64,000 nucleotides of DNA, taken from assembly GCF_001194135.2 (NCBI RefSeq), contig NC_068990.1, forward strand, positions 78,419,356-78,483,355, in the 5' to 3' direction. The DNA comes from Octopus bimaculoides (lineage: Eukaryota). The notes under the pieces are model-generated. The model had not been told where the DNA came from, searched no databases, and saw only the letters and a program-made list of their open reading frames with translations. The first letter of the stretch is position 1; the number at the start of each line of letters is the position of its first letter. Position numbers and translations under genes: made by a program. This document shows positions 23,201-37,720 of the stretch, piece by piece.

Positions 23201-25246
23201 TACATTATTTACATTTGACGGATATTTGTTCTCATCTTGTTTGTTGTTAACACAACGTTTCTTGAATATAGAACTGTAGTAAACTCTATTTCTCAATGAA
23301 TTCTTCTTTGAAGACGTCAAGGTGTGATTTGTAGAAGATTTGCTATTCTGAGTAAGTAATGCAACCATATAGAGGTTCGTTCAATTAGCTTTATAATGAG
23401 AAACTACTTTTCTAAAAAATGCATCCATTACTGCTTGAAGTCATGTCTGTCTCATTCAGAAAACTTTAATTAGATTCTTCTCCTCTAGACTGCGTGAAAC
23501 TATTGAACGCATCAAAAGTAGAAATAGGGCAAAGCAGCACAGCTGAACAGATTAGAAACAAGGGACATTTAGGGAAGACTTTACAACTGAAATGACAAAG
23601 ACAAGTATCTCTTAATAGAACTCTAATTAATAGCAGGTCAACATGTTGTACTGTAAGGATCATTAATGCCATTTCCTCAGAACTAAAATTAATTGTCCAA
23701 ATATCTCATGATAAAACAAAGTCAACATTTTCACAGCAGGAAATATATGCTATACGAAAAAGAGTATTTTAGTTAAATTTTCAGAACAAGTTGACAATCT
23801 TGGGAGAAATTTCTGCTTTGAAAATGAGTTCTAAATTGTGAAAATTCCTAGAACTCTTTCACAAGTCTATAATCTATCAGCCATTGCTCAAAATGATATT
23901 TAAATATTAAACAGAAAGGACAAGGTCAGCTTGCTATTTAGATGTAGTTTTACTTACTTGCATCAGTGGGATGGTTTAACATACATTGAAATTTGCATAT
24001 CTAGTGTGTGTGTGTGTGAGAAAGATAATCATTTAAATGCAAAGTTTATGTGATATCCCATTTCTAATTGAAGCAACTTAAAACAATTTAACACAACACA
24101 TCAGACAACTAATTTAGTTTTGTAGCAGTTGTAAGATTAACCTCAAAGCTAAGCAACTGATCTTAAAAGACTTTAAAATCTTATTAAATAGAACAACTGA
24201 GAACAATATTTGAAAGGATTATTAAACTATTGTTGTATTAATTTTTCTATGCAGGAATGAATAATATGCTTTTCACAAATTGGAATATTTTTCATATTTG
24301 AGAAAGACATTTTATAAATAGACATCCTTTATACATCTTTCTGCTGGGATAGACATAAATTTGAAGAGCTCTGTTCCCTGTTTCAGGTCACTAAAAGTCA
24401 CAATGCTTAGCCCTGATGTTATTTTCTCCATTATAAAGTGAAAATAACATCTATTTACAAGATCCTTCAAGGACAGCAAAGTTTGAACTTTAGACCACAC
24501 AAGATCAGCAGCCCAACAACACCTTAATCTTGCAGACCCTGCAGTTTATATATAGCCAATGATTGTGTCTATGTAGACAGACCAGTAACAAACAAAATCA
24601 GGTAGTTCAGCAGAATTTTAAAAACATTTTTCAGGTTAGTAAGAAGTTGATGTGTGATGAGAAGACTGTTTTTGTCAGACATAATCAGAGTGGAAATCTG
24701 TGCAGTCAAGAAGCATTTCAAATATTCAAGATAGGCATGAAGCAGAACAGCTTTGATGGCTAGCAAAATGTTAAATTCTTCACAATCCATCAATAAGATT
24801 AAAAAAATAAAGTGATTTAATGAAAGCAGTTTAGATAAAAGCCAAGATATAGAGAGAGGGTTAGATAACAAAACAATGAAGATTGGTCTTTTTTTTTTAA
24901 CAGATGATAGTTTTTTTAATTGAGCAAGTTGAGTTAAGTGTCTTGTTCAGGGACACATACATAATGCCTGTAGCTTCAAGATACAAACTCATGACCCACA
25001 AGTCTAATATGTTAACCATTCAAGAGTCTGCTTCTAATAATAGTAATAATAATAATGGTCTCAAATTCTGACACAAGACCAACAATTTCAAGGGAGAAAT
25101 TGAAACCACAATCTTGTGATCATGAGTGCAACAACCTAACCAGTTGGCCATGCACTTTCATAATAATAATAATAACAGCTGTTTCTAATTTAGGCTCAAG
25201 GCCAACAATTTTGAGAGGAAAGGACACTAGACAAAAGAATCTTTGC

Positions 25247-26075
25247 AGATGATTCAAAGATCCAGAAGGTCATCAATGACTGGGCAAGCCTTCAGCCAGA
25301 TCTAATGGCCAGAAAGAATAATATTCTGCTGAATGAGGAAAAATTTGAGTTAATCCACTTTGGAAAAGAGGATACCCTGAAACATCCATACTCCCTTCTT
25401 CCAGGTGAAACTCACATAGCATCCAACAACATCAGAGACTTAGGAGTAATTGTGGACAACAACATTCTCAGAACTTTCCACACCATTATCCTTCTCTTCT
25501 CCACTTTTGCCCGACCCCATCATGAATACTGTTGTCCACTGTGGTCTCCCCACAGGAAACAAAGTATCATGAAAATTGAAGATGGCATGACAGGCCTTGA
25601 CAATTGGGGTCAACTAGAAAACCTCAAACTTTATTCTCTCCAACGCAACCATGAATGCTACATCATCTGCATGATGTGGAAAATATTCCATCAGCATTGC
25701 CCAAATGATGTTGGCATCGCCTTTCAGATACACCCAAGACTTGAGCCCCATGATATCCGCCCACAACAGAAATCATACTCGCATCATATAACAAACAATA
25801 CGGCACAATTATTTCACGTCAATTGGACCCGCTCTCTTTAACATTACACTAAAACTCATTAAAGCAGAAACAGAATCCCATAAAGTTCAAGAAGTCTTTA
25901 GACAAATTCCTTAAAAAAATCCCGGATCAACATATTACACCTGGATATGTCTCTGCAAACAATAACTCTCTCCTCAAGTGGGCCATGTTGTCTGATTCCT
26001 GATTTGAATGACTTTGCCAGGTGGTGTTATTAAGTTAGACATGGCCTGGGTCAATACTGGCCAAAACCTATCAAA
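25247..26075 (+). mobile_element. CR1/L2-like LINE 3' fragment
   Basis: ORF 25305..25841: LNEEKFELIHFG...IRDLGVIVD...RPHHEYCCPLWSPH...LKLYSLQR. Confidence 0.85.
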
Positions 26076-26097
26076 GTACACACACACATATATATAC

Positions 26098-26237
26098 ATC
26101 ATCATCATCATTTAACGTCTGCTTTCCATGCTAGCATGGGTTGGACGATTTGACTGAGGACTGGTGAACCAGATGGCTACACCAGGCTCACCAGTCCTCA
26201 GTCAAATCGTCCAACCCATGAAAAGCGGACATTAAAC

Positions 26238-26270
<33 letters not shown>
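26098..26270. mobile_element. Two RTE 3' ends fused head-to-head (hairpin)
   Basis: Perfect 33-bp inverted repeat (26135-26167 / 26188-26220) with a 20-nt loop; (CAT)n on the left and (GAT)n on the right. Confidence 0.85.
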
Positions 26271-26309
<39 letters not shown>

Positions 26310-26495
26310 TTGTACTTGTTTTAGTCATTTGACTGCAGCCATGCTGGAGTACCACCTTTTAGTTGAACAAATCGATCCTAGGACTTATATTCTTTGTAAA
26401 TTTGGTACTTATTTTATTGGTCTCTTTTGCTGAACTACTAGGTTACAGGGACATAAACACACCAACATCAGTTGTCAAGCCATAGTGGGTGGACA

Positions 26496-26518
26496 AAAAC
26501 AGACACAAAGAGAAACAC

Positions 26519-26607
<89 letters not shown>

Positions 26608-26761
26608 GAGAGAGAGAGAGAAAGATAGATAGATAGATATATACATATATACATGAATATATAGATACACATATACATAAATATACATATATATATATAT
26701 ATACATAAATATATATATACATACATAACTAAACATATATATACATATATATATACATACA

Positions 26762-26806
<45 letters not shown>
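26496..26806. repeat. Compound (TA)n/(GA)n/(TAC)-interrupted microsatellite, representative of dozens of (TA)n, (CA)n, (GA)n and (ATT)n tracts
   Basis: Direct inspection. Confidence 0.95.
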
Positions 26807-26816
26807 NNNNNNNNNN

Positions 26817-27132
26817 GTGCCAGTGGCACATGAAAAGACATTCGAGCAAGATCATTGCCAGTGCCACTGGACTGGCTCCTGTGCAGATGACATGTAAAAT
26901 ACACCATTTCGAGCGTGACCGTTGCCAGTACCACCTGACTGGCCTTTGTGCTGGTGGCACGTAAAAGCACCCACTACACTCTCGGAGTGGTTGGTGTTAG
27001 GAAGGGCATCCAACTGTAGAAACTCTGCCAAATCAGATTACAGCCTGGTGTAGCCACCTGGTCCACCAGTCCTCAGTCAAATCGTCCAACCCATGGAAAG
27101 CGGATGTTAAACGATGATGCTGATGATGATGA
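26817..27132 (+). mobile_element. RTE 3'UTR/tail copy (representative of many)
   Basis: GAGTGGTTGG.GTTAGGAAGGGCATCCA...GTCAAATCGTCCAACCCATG...GTTAAACGATGATG. Further copies near 6090(+), 12000(-), 16290(+), 22240(-), 34468(-), 35638(-), 44900(+), 45376(+), 54712(-), 57455(-) and 60050(-). Confidence 0.85.
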
Positions 27133-27415
27133 TATATATATATAAAGAGAGAGAGAGATAGAAAGAGAGGGAGAGATGGCCAGATAGTAGATACAGTTAA
27201 GAAACAGAAGCAGTAATAAGAGGAAATGAGAGAAATAGTGTGGCATATATTTTTTGTAGTCCAAATGAATGATAAAATATTTCCTGGGATATTCAGTTTT
27301 TATTTGCTTTTCTTAGTACAAAATGGTGTGGATAACAGTTTTAAAACTGAGTAGTTACAATAATTGGAAGGTCTGTAATCGTTTGTGGGTTTAATCCTAA
27401 TGCCAACTTAATGGC

Positions 27416-27450
<35 letters not shown>

Positions 27451-27929
27451 TGAATAAGGGCACAAAAGTTGAGGTTAATACAATCAATGTTTACAACATG
27501 TAAAATTTAATGTGAAACCTAGAAGGACATTAATGACAGCCAGAATTATCATGTTATCATTCAGGTCTGCTGTAAATGAAGATGAATTAAATTCCCAGTG
27601 TATCCTGACCATTTCCTGCTGTAATAATTTTTACCAACTACTGATCACCTAAACTGACCATTCCTCATAAAACAGTAAGCATTATCACCCATTGATGTCT
27701 AGAATTAAATCCACAATATCCTACCAAGAATGATAGTGATAGAAACTTCTGGAAGCAAATTATATTACTTCATATTTAAGCGTTTCAAACTTGAATGTCA
27801 CTTTTCTGAAGAAATCTTATGTTCTTCCCACAGCAAAGACATATGGCAGGTTGAGATGATGACCAGAAAATTAATTCATTATCCAACTTTAATATTCTTA
27901 ATTTCAAGAAAATTTGAGAAAAGAGCAGA

Positions 27930-28135
27930 GTGAATGATGTGACTGCAGAATAGCAAAAGCACAAGTTCTACTGGGCCAGATATGTTGCAAAGTTCACAGA
28001 CAACAGGTGGTCCCTTGCAGTTACTGAGTGGTATTCAAGTGATCGGAAAGGCCACTTGGGAGGCCTCCATGAGGCAATTTGGGTTGTCAAGATGAGAAAG
28101 AAAGGTACAATCAAGATGGAATTGGAAGCACATTG
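27930..28135 (+). mobile_element. RTE-type LINE C-terminal fragment (second family)
   Basis: KFYWARYVAKFTDNRWSLAVTEW resembles the W.WAGHVAR..DNRW...EW motif. Confidence 0.6.
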
Positions 28136-30454
28136 TGACCAATGTTATTCATCTGCTAAAATGTTTATGTATTATGTGTCTTTAATCTCATCATCCTTCA
28201 GTAGTACTTCATCTAACATGGGAAGTCATATGACAAAAATGTCTATGAGTTAGAGATATAAATTTGAATTCTGTTACATGTAATGTTGCATTTTTGGCCC
28301 AGATATTTAACTCAACTCATTTGAAAGACACATGAAATGATATGAGCTATTTATCTATGAAATGTGAGCAACACCTCAGATACCAGTGTAATGTTCATAT
28401 TTCAAAATATCAGGCTTCAAAATAAAACGCACCAACATATTTACCCTGAATTTGGGAAACTGAAAGGAAACTTTAAGATTTTTTTAATATATTTGCTTTC
28501 CTAGAATTCTCATACATTATAAACCATCCTCAAGGACAAAAACGTTACATATTTAGTTTAGCAGAAGTGAAAGAATTACTGTCAAGTTAGAGAACCTGCA
28601 GAGTGATGAAAAGAGGCAAACATGAAGCCAAAGGAGACATGCAAGAGACTTCGAGAGAGAGAGAGAAGATCAAGAAACAGAGTTTTGAAGGTAATAAAAG
28701 ATTTATGCAAGGGCAGAAAGACACACACATGCACACACACACACACGTATACATGCATCCACGCACACACATACCTTTTCAAAAGCAGTCAGGTTTTAGT
28801 ATTTGGGATCGTTTTAATTGAAGAATCTATCAGGCTTGATTTATAGAAAATGTCAGATTTTAGATTCATAAAATCATGCAAACTGTTCTATCATTCGAAT
28901 AAAATAATAAAAACAGTTTTAAAAAATGCATTGTAATACACAGAAATGAAAAGAAATGAAAAAAATGTGAGGCAGTTTATGAATTAGAGGCTGGGGTGAG
29001 GGGGAGGGAAGGTGAGCTCATTTAAAGTTTAAAGAAATAAATTCAGAGAAATATGAGATTTCAATATGGAGGAAGGATAGAATTTAAAGTAAAACAAAAA
29101 GAAATAAATGATTAAAAGGAAATAAACCACATTTTAAAGAAATACATTTTTAACAAGAAAAATAAATATTAACACACACACACACACACATATTTAGAAA
29201 CTGGAATAAAAAGTTCAATTTAGAAAAAATCAACAGATGCAGCTTAATAAAATTACAAATTAAACATTCTCTTCTTTTCACATTCTATCTTATTTGATAT
29301 TTCTAAAAAAATATTTTAATTTCTGCTGAAGAAGAATTAAGAATATAATTAAATCCTATAAATGGTGGGAAAAGCTGGATTTAGGGGTGGAAGATCATAA
29401 TTGTTCTTTGCCACAACATCTAGAAAATGTGATTTGGTGGTAGTAGTAGGAGTAGTAGTAGGAGGATGAAAGCAATCACTATGATGGACAAAAAGAAAAT
29501 AAAGGAGGGAAATAGTCTGGATAAAAAAAACAATTGAGAAGGAGAGAAAAGTGTAGAATGGTTGGTATGGCAAACTAAAAGGAACGGGACAAAATGAAAA
29601 TGACCAATAGTTTGGCTCTTGTCATCTAAATTGATTGATTTTATTTCAGAGAGAATCCTCTACTACAAGTGGTGCCATTGCATAAGCTAGAGCAGAAAAA
29701 TAATTCCAGAAACAATAAAAGCATCTATTGCTCCTATTTGGGGGCCAATTTAGTATTAATTATTTGAAGCATGAGTTACAGTTACAAATTTGTATGGTTT
29801 TAGGGACTTCATAAGACTTGATTTTCTTTTTGTTTTGGAGTTCCCTATTCACACAATTAGGTGCTTACTTCTCACAGTTCTCCCTAAGTAGTGGTGATGC
29901 CTATTTTTCAGCCAAGATGAAGAAAGAAAAATGTCCAGCTTGAAGAACTTAATGAATGGTCAACAGCAGTGTTTGACTATGTCTGAGTATTTATGGCAAA
30001 AAACTTTTAATTTGATAGTAGACAAAATGCTATTTTTTGATTTAATCTGATGTTGTTTTCAAATGAAGTAGAGTGAAGAGTCTTGGCCAGAGACATAACA
30101 TGGTCCCAAAAGGGATACAAATTATTTTTTCACATCAGAATAACCTGACTGATTTGAAGTGAAAATTCAAGTTCTGTATGTATTTGGCACCCTGATTTAC
30201 CGTTTCCTTCACCAATAAATACCAGGTGAAAGACACTACATTCTAGTTGATAAACCTTTACCTTTACTATAAAGTATGATGAATCCCAGGTAAAAACTAA
30301 AAAGTGGACATGATAAAAGGTGAAGAGAAGTTTAGTTAAACCAGGACTTCCACTACTAGCAACTTCTTTTGAAATTTAGAAACAAACCAGCATTTCATAT
30401 TTTGAAAGGTTTATGCCTAATGAGAGAAGACTGCTGATTTGATTGTGTGCTTAC

Positions 30455-30543
30455 CATGAGAATGTGTTGATTTTTATAAAGTTCTGAAATACCACAAGAC
30501 CTGCTGAAGTAACTCCAAGTTGTATCTCGAGATTGCTTTGATC
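30455..30543 (-). CDS. PTPN4: PTPN4-like coding exon 8 (89 nt, DQSNLEIQLGVTSAGLVVFQNFIKINTFS+W)
   Basis: ttgcAG / GTAAGC, phase 0-2, start of the FERM F3 lobe. Confidence 0.95.
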
Positions 30544-31588
30544 CTGCAAATATAAGAAATAGAGAAATATATTTTCAAACAAGAAAAAACAACAGGAACT
30601 CCAATCAACAGTTATGAATTAGCTTAAATTATTCGGTTGTCTTGTATATTACTAAATACCAGTTTTTAATACTTCATTAGTAAATTAATTATATTTTAAT
30701 GGAATCACTGACGGTTACTTCTCAAAACTAGATCATCATTACATTTTTACTTCTTTCCAGAAATGCATTTTGCTTTCAAAAAAAATATTTTCTACTGTAA
30801 ATTTGAAAAAGGTCATTTATTTCAGCAAATACTTTCTCGGTATTTCTCTAACATTCACTGAAGATTGTCCATAAGTTATCTAATATATCAGCTGAAAAAA
30901 ATATACTTATTCGGCAAATGGATTTGATTTTCATAAACATTTCAGATACAGATTAAGAAAAAAACAAAAGACTTGTTTTACATTAATCTTTGTCCTGTTG
31001 GATTCCATTCTTATAGTTAATCATCCAACTTTGAACAATCAGTGACAGTTATTTCTTGTAAACAAAGTTGAGATAAACAGAGTAATGTACCTTGTACAAC
31101 ATAAAAGAGTAAAAAGCAAGATTTCTATTTTTAACCTCTGCTCAATAAAGTTGTACCTTAAAATTGCTACCACAGTGTGTCACACACTCTGCCTATCTCT
31201 TCCTATGAAGTTTAAAAGTTCATTCAGTATGTGCTTCTGTGTTTTAATATATGTTTAAAAAAATAACAAAGAATTGCAAATTTACATTTTGGAAAAACAA
31301 TTTCCTTTTTAACCTAAATTATTATGAGAATTAATTAAAATTTCGAGGAAGTTATTATGCCTTACTTTATTTTGAAAAAAAAAAAAAAATTACATCCTAT
31401 TTTTGATCTCTCATTGAAGCTGACATTGAAATAAAAAGAGTATTTTCAGTTAGATGCTAACTGCAGGTAAGTTATTCACCCTTTTTATCAAAGGGGAATT
31501 AAAAAGGATATATAGTTGCTGATGTAAATTATACAGACAACTCTATTAAATTGAGATACACAAATAATTTAACAAATTGAATTCTTAC

Positions 31589-31676
31589 CCGGGCATTGTG
31601 TAAATCAACACCATACATCTCCAGGCGTTTTGCTCGTTCTAAGAAACAATACTCAGCCTCAGCTGGAGTTTGACCT
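31589..31676 (-). CDS. PTPN4: PTPN4-like coding exon 7 (88 nt, [29 protein letters not shown])
   Basis: ttccAG / GTAAGA, phase 2-0, G.TPAEAE...LEMYGV motif; contained in ORF 31529..31747. Confidence 0.96.
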
Positions 31677-33793
31677 CTGGAAAATACAGAAAGGCAGCTT
31701 TCTATGAGAAACCTCAAACAACGGGTTATGTAACAAAAAAAAAACAAAACAAAAGAACTTTCTTCTTTTTTTACTGTTTATGTTGACATAATTATTTTGT
31801 TTTCATTTAGCAGATCCATGGGAGATATCTAGCTAATTGAATGATTCAGTATGAGCCACTGAGATATAGCTCAAAATATACCATGTCATGGCCTAAAACT
31901 GACTATGTTGTATTTTCTTTACTGCCCAATCCATATTTGTAGATTGTGGTGGTGGCCATAGTATAATGTAGACTCACAGTTATTGATATTGCTGCTATTT
32001 CTTGCATGTGTTTATGTTTGTCTGGCTGGAGTAAATAATTGTCATCATGTTTTCAAAGCGATACTCAATATAGTGGTAAAGACTGGGGTTGGCAGCTTGT
32101 CTTGATAACTCTTCTCAAATCTGCAGCTGTCTTTCTATTAGACTATTTTATAGCATTATTTTTAGGTTGTCTGTGTGCAGCATATGATGATACAAAGTGC
32201 AATATTCTCTGGTTTATTACAGAAATTAAAGGTCTAGGCATAAACACTAGCATCATTCCTGATGAATCTAAGACAACATTTGTATATTTATGTTGTTTCT
32301 TGAAGTCAAATGTGGTGCCTATGAGTTGAATAAGTATATTTGAGCATTTCTGGAGTATTTTCTGGGCATCCTCATTTTAATACCTACTTTTTTCAAAATT
32401 TGCATGGGACAGAGCTTCTACAACCAGATGCCCTTCCCGTGACCAGCTCCAACTGGCTTCCAGGTAATCTCCCAGACTACTGGACAACAAACAGCTCAGA
32501 CAAGTTTTTGCAGTAGCTTGCACGCAAACACCACCATTAAGAGAGCCATTGTTTACAGTGAGTGAAACATGTAGAAGAGGGAAATACAAGCCAAACACAC
32601 ACACATATAGAGTGCACTTTTCTCAGTTTCTACCTTCCAGATCAACTACCAAAACATTGAGGATTTGGTGGTTGATCTGGGACCATACTAGAGGACACTT
32701 GTCCAAGGTTGCATGCAGTGGAACTGAACCTAGAACTATATGGTTGGGGAGTGAACAGACATGCACAGACATGGCTCTGTGGTTAAAGAGTTCCACTTTG
32801 TCAAGTAGATGGTTTCAGGTTCAGTCCTACTACATGGTACTCTGGGTAACCCCAAAGTGAATTAAAACCTTGTGAGCTGATTTCTGAGATGGAAACTACA
32901 CAGTCATACCAATGTATTCAATGTTTTCTGTAAATGTTACAGGGGTTTTATAAAATTCTTTGTATTTTTGTCTTCTATGTGTTTCATATATTTGTTTGTT
33001 GTATCAAATAATGTTGTTTTGAGTAACTGGTAAGAAAGGAGATGGTGGATTTGGTAGGCTCCGTTTTAAGTTGTCGTTTTGGGGGCAAGTTTCTACTTGA
33101 TTGATGTGTGGTTGGAGAATAGTGGAAGGTAGAGGGGGGGGTTAAAAATATTTTAGTGGGACAATGGAATTTGTGTGTGTGTGTGTGTGGGTGAAGGGGT
33201 TTCTCAATACATTGTTGTATGCTACGTTGGGAGTATTTAGAGCACCTTAACTACATTAGACCATTTCTTTTTAAAAGGATCAATAAACTGAGTATTGGCA
33301 TTAAACTTCCTTCAGGGCAATGAAAACAGTCAATTTACTCCTAATAACAGTGTAGAGTATCAGTGGTCAGTTGGTTTTGGCATGAACTCTATTTGAACAA
33401 ACTCTTCTTCATGAAGGAGTAACAAGTTGTTGCACTTTACTCTCTGTACTAGAGAAAATGTAGTCTTTATGAATGAGAACATATTTCCGTTCCCTGTCGC
33501 ACCACAACAACAGTAAACCATTGAATAAGATCATAAGTCATTTGGAAAACAACAATAATAGAGAGGCAACGGAACAGTCTGTGTATATATGTTAATGTGC
33601 ATGTAGTTGTATGTGTGTGTGCTTACATGAGAGTATACCTGAGTAGTGTATGACTGTATTTCCTTGCAGCTAAATGAATGCTATGGCTTTGACTCATATT
33701 AACTGCACTGTTATTTCAAGCAGTTCACAGTCACAGAAATGAATGACTGGACACATATGCATAGAGATGTCAGACAAAAAGTAGTTCATGCGC

Positions 33794-33837
<44 letters not shown>

Positions 33838-33882
33838 GCAAGAGGGAGGGAGGGAGAGAGAGAAGGAGGGAGAGAGGAAGAA

Positions 33883-33913
<31 letters not shown>

Positions 33914-34381
33914 GAGAAGGAGACTCATTGTATGTAAGACAGGACATGGGAGACAGTAAGTGAAGACATGCATTATGAGAATAGTTATGAGTAAATGTGC
34001 AGGTTTTTTTTTTTTTGCAATCAACCACTTGTCACCATGTCTAAGTTTTGAAAAAGGATTTAAACAAAAAAATGCACATCTGCAAGTATAGCAAGAATAA
34101 CCAGAAACCTGAAGAGGTGCATAAATTAACCAAATCTATACAGAACAATTGAGATTTGGACATAGAAATCCCTGACAGAAAGCCTCATTTATTACACACA
34201 AGCACTCCTAAATACTATAGTGTGTGTGCGTGTGTGTGTGGATGGATGCAGGTATGACTGTGGTTATATGAAGCACATGGTTTCAGGTTCAATTACATTA
34301 CAGGACACATTAGGTACCCCCAGGAAGACCAAAGCCTTGTGAGTGAATTTGTAAGATGGAAATTAGAAGATGCTCTCACGA

Positions 34382-34426
<45 letters not shown>

Positions 34427-35447
34427 TGAGAGAGAAGGAGAACATATTTGTTTAACAAAATTGTGTTCATCATCATCATCATCATCATTTAGCATCTGCT
34501 TTTCATGCTGACATGGGTTAGATGGTTTAACTGGAACTGGTAAGCTGGAGAGCTGTGCCAGATGCCAGTCTGATTTGGGCTTGGTTTCTATGGCTGGATG
34601 CCTTTCCAAATGCCAACCACTCCAAGTGTGTAGTGGGTGCCTTTAACGTGTCACTGGCACAGATATTAATCATATATACATACATATATATTACCTTTAT
34701 ATGTAAAAAAGTTCATTAGACTGTGGCCAAGCTGGGGCACTACCTTACAGGGTTTAACCAAACAAATTGATGCCATCTCACCCCAATACTTATTTTCTAA
34801 AGCATGATACTTATTCTATCAGTCTCTTATGCTGAACTGCTAAGTTACGGAGATGTAAACAAATCAATAGCGGTTATCAAGTGATGGTGGGGGATCAAAC
34901 ACATAAAAACATATACACACAAAGACGTATACAACAAGCTTCTTTCAGTTTGCATCTACCAAATCCACTCAGCTTTGGTTGACCCAGGGCAATAGTAGAA
35001 GATACTTGCTGAAGGTGCCTTGCAGTGGGACTGAACCCAGAACCATGTAGTTGGGAAACAAAATTCTTACTGCACAACTATGCATGCATGTGTGTGTGTG
35101 CGCATACGGTATTTTCAGATGATTTTGGAATAGAGATATTTTATTTGGAATTTATTTTGCAGTTCATCCTGAATGGGTATCACCATCATCATTTTTAGAT
35201 GTTACAACATTCACATTGTCATTTTATGTCCAGGTTCCAAGCTGTTATAGGTTGGATAGTTTGACAGGATTTGACGGCTCCAAGAATTGCATAATACTCC
35301 ATTATCTACTTTGGTTGGATGCTCTTCTTAACACCAGCCATTTTACACTGTGTAATCTATCACACGAAATTCCAAACATGCACACAACAACAAAATAAAA
35401 ATTACAAAAAAAAGCACCCTTTAGCATAAAGTATACACCATAACTAC

Positions 35448-35568
35448 CTGTGTTGTTTGTGATATTCTATAACTTGTCGTTCAAACTCCACAGTTTGGCT
35501 GGGAATAAACCGGAATTCAGACAGGTAATTTCCTTTGTGATCTTCCGGATTATAGTCACCTAATTCAG
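35448..35568 (-). CDS. PTPN4: PTPN4-like coding exon 6 (121 nt, SELGDYNPEDHKGNYLSEFRFIPSQTVEFERQVIEYHKQHR)
   Basis: tttcAG / GTAGTT, phase 1-2, ELGDY motif. Confidence 0.95.
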
Positions 35569-35602
35569 CTGAAAATAAGGGAAATTATAATTTTAAAAAA
35601 AT

Positions 35603-35643
<41 letters not shown>

Positions 35644-37336
35644 CATCATTTAGCATCCACTGTCCATGCTGGCATGGGTTAAAGACGGTTCGATAGGAAG
35701 TGGTAAACTGGAGAGCAGTACTAAGTGCCAACCTAATTTTGGCTTGGTTTCTACAGCTGGAGGCACTTCCTAATGCCAACCATTTTACTGAGAATATTTG
35801 ATTATGGCACTGACATTAGTGTGGTTGCAAGCTCATGACAAGACTTAAAGGGGTCTTCTTGACCCCATGCTGTCTCTCTTCATTTGTTAACCACTTATCA
35901 GAATGTACTAGGTGCATTTTATTGTGCCACCAGCGGAGTTGCCTTGCATCCCTCCACGATAAAGAAGCCTTATTATGTGATAATTTGCTTGAGGTAATGT
36001 CTCCCAGAAGATGGAGAGAAGAGAGAATGATAACTGAAGAAGACTTAAAATGAGTGCATGAAAGGAGCAAAAGCATGATGGGTAATGATTATAGGTGGGC
36101 GATGCTAAAAGTAAGTAATAAATGGCAATAACAAATGATTGACAGGAGAGACAGTGTTGGTGGAGTGCGTCTGTACAAAGAGACCTGATGGGCAACAGAG
36201 GTAGTGTGATCAGAACAGTGGTAGAGTGATAGGATACAGCTGGTTCCAGTACATCATTATATGGGCAGTATGAATGACGACTGATAGGGAGCCTCATGTA
36301 TCGCTAATTATCACACTTCTTGAAATCAGACTTTACTATTTCAGCCCAAGATTTTCTCAATTTTTCCCTTCTACAAGCACTTCTTTAAACGTCCTCAGTA
36401 TACATCACATCATCACTCACACAATTTTCTCTCTTGCATACTCCATGATTACTCTTATTCAGTCTTCTTCTCAGCTCATTTGTACTCCATTGTTAAGGCA
36501 CAATAACATTATCATCTGGTCAAGTATGCCTGCTTCATTATTCCTCTTGTTTTCAGAAATCCTCTGCATTTAAAGCCCACATCACAATACTATGGAGCAT
36601 CACACTTTATATACAAGCCTCTTACAGTCTATCCTTGACTTTGAAGCAGAAGTAATATAACATATAAACACATGTGTTTGTATATGTCATCATTTTATGT
36701 TTGCTTATTCCATGCTGGTATGGGATGGCTGGATCTCAGCATCTTGTCACTTGTCACAATCTTTCCTATCATAGGGACGCATAACATAACAAAAAACTAC
36801 CACTTTTAGCCTAGGCCTTGACTTCTCTTCATCCTGTATCAATTTTAATGTGGAGTCACTGTTTTCTTAGACTAGTTGCCTGTATGCAGCTTGCAGAGTT
36901 CACATTTTTCTTTCAATTCATCTTTATTGTTGTTGTTGCTGTTTAGCACCAGACAAAGTGCTTAGCAGAGTCCTACTCCAGTCCTAGATATTTACCTGGT
37001 GCAAATGGGATAGCTGAAGTAGAGGTTAGCAAAGTCAGTCTCACTCAAATTGAGACCTGAAAATCCAACATCATGTGGCTATGGGACTATGATGCCTCAA
37101 CTAAAATTGCTAATGGCAAGATTGTTCTCCAAATGCAGTGAAAGACAAGATCTGCCTCTCAAGCTAATTCAAGGAGCCAAGAATCCATTGGTTAACTGGT
37201 ATCTAGAGAGAGATACCATGAAGAAGCACAAGTCCAATCTAGTTGAAGTCAGAAAGCAAAACCCTACTCTTCTGGTAATATTAGTCATGATAATCCATTG
37301 TTAATGCCTGAATTACTATGGTTACTAAATGGTTGT

Positions 37337-37720
37337 GGAGGCGCAATGGCCCAGTGGTTAGGGCAGCAGACTCACGGTTATAGAATCGCGGTTTCGATTC
37401 CCAGACCGGGCGTTGTGAGTGTTTATTGAGCGAAAAACACCTAAAGCTCCACAAGGCTCTGGCAGGGGATGGTGGCGAACCCTGCTATACTCTTTCACCA
37501 CAACTTTCTCTCACTCTTTCTTCCTGTTTCTGTTGTGCCTGTAATTCAAAGGGTCAGCCTTGTCACACTGGGTCACGCTGAATATCTCTGAGAACTACAT
37601 TAAGGGTACACGTGTCTGTGGAGTGCTCAGCCACTTGCACGTTAATTTCACAAGCAGGCTGTTCTGTTGATCGGATCAACTGGAACCCTCGACGTCGTAA
37701 GCGATGGAGTGCCAACAACA
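37337..37720 (+). mobile_element. tRNA-derived SINE, family B variant
   Basis: Head GGAGGCGCAATGGCCCAGTGGTTAGGGC...GGTTTCGATTCCC; tail AAGGGTACACGTGTCTGTGG...GGATCAACTGGAACCCTCG. Confidence 0.88.

Noticed and set aside
23200-23252. Possible hammerhead half (minus-strand GAAACGUUG)
   Set aside because: The CUGANGA half and stem II are missing; at most a truncated remnant.
37337-37410. tRNA-like sequences (also at 4709, 41004 and 57976)
   Set aside because: These are SINE heads: A/B boxes are present, but there is no complete cloverleaf and they continue into SINE bodies.
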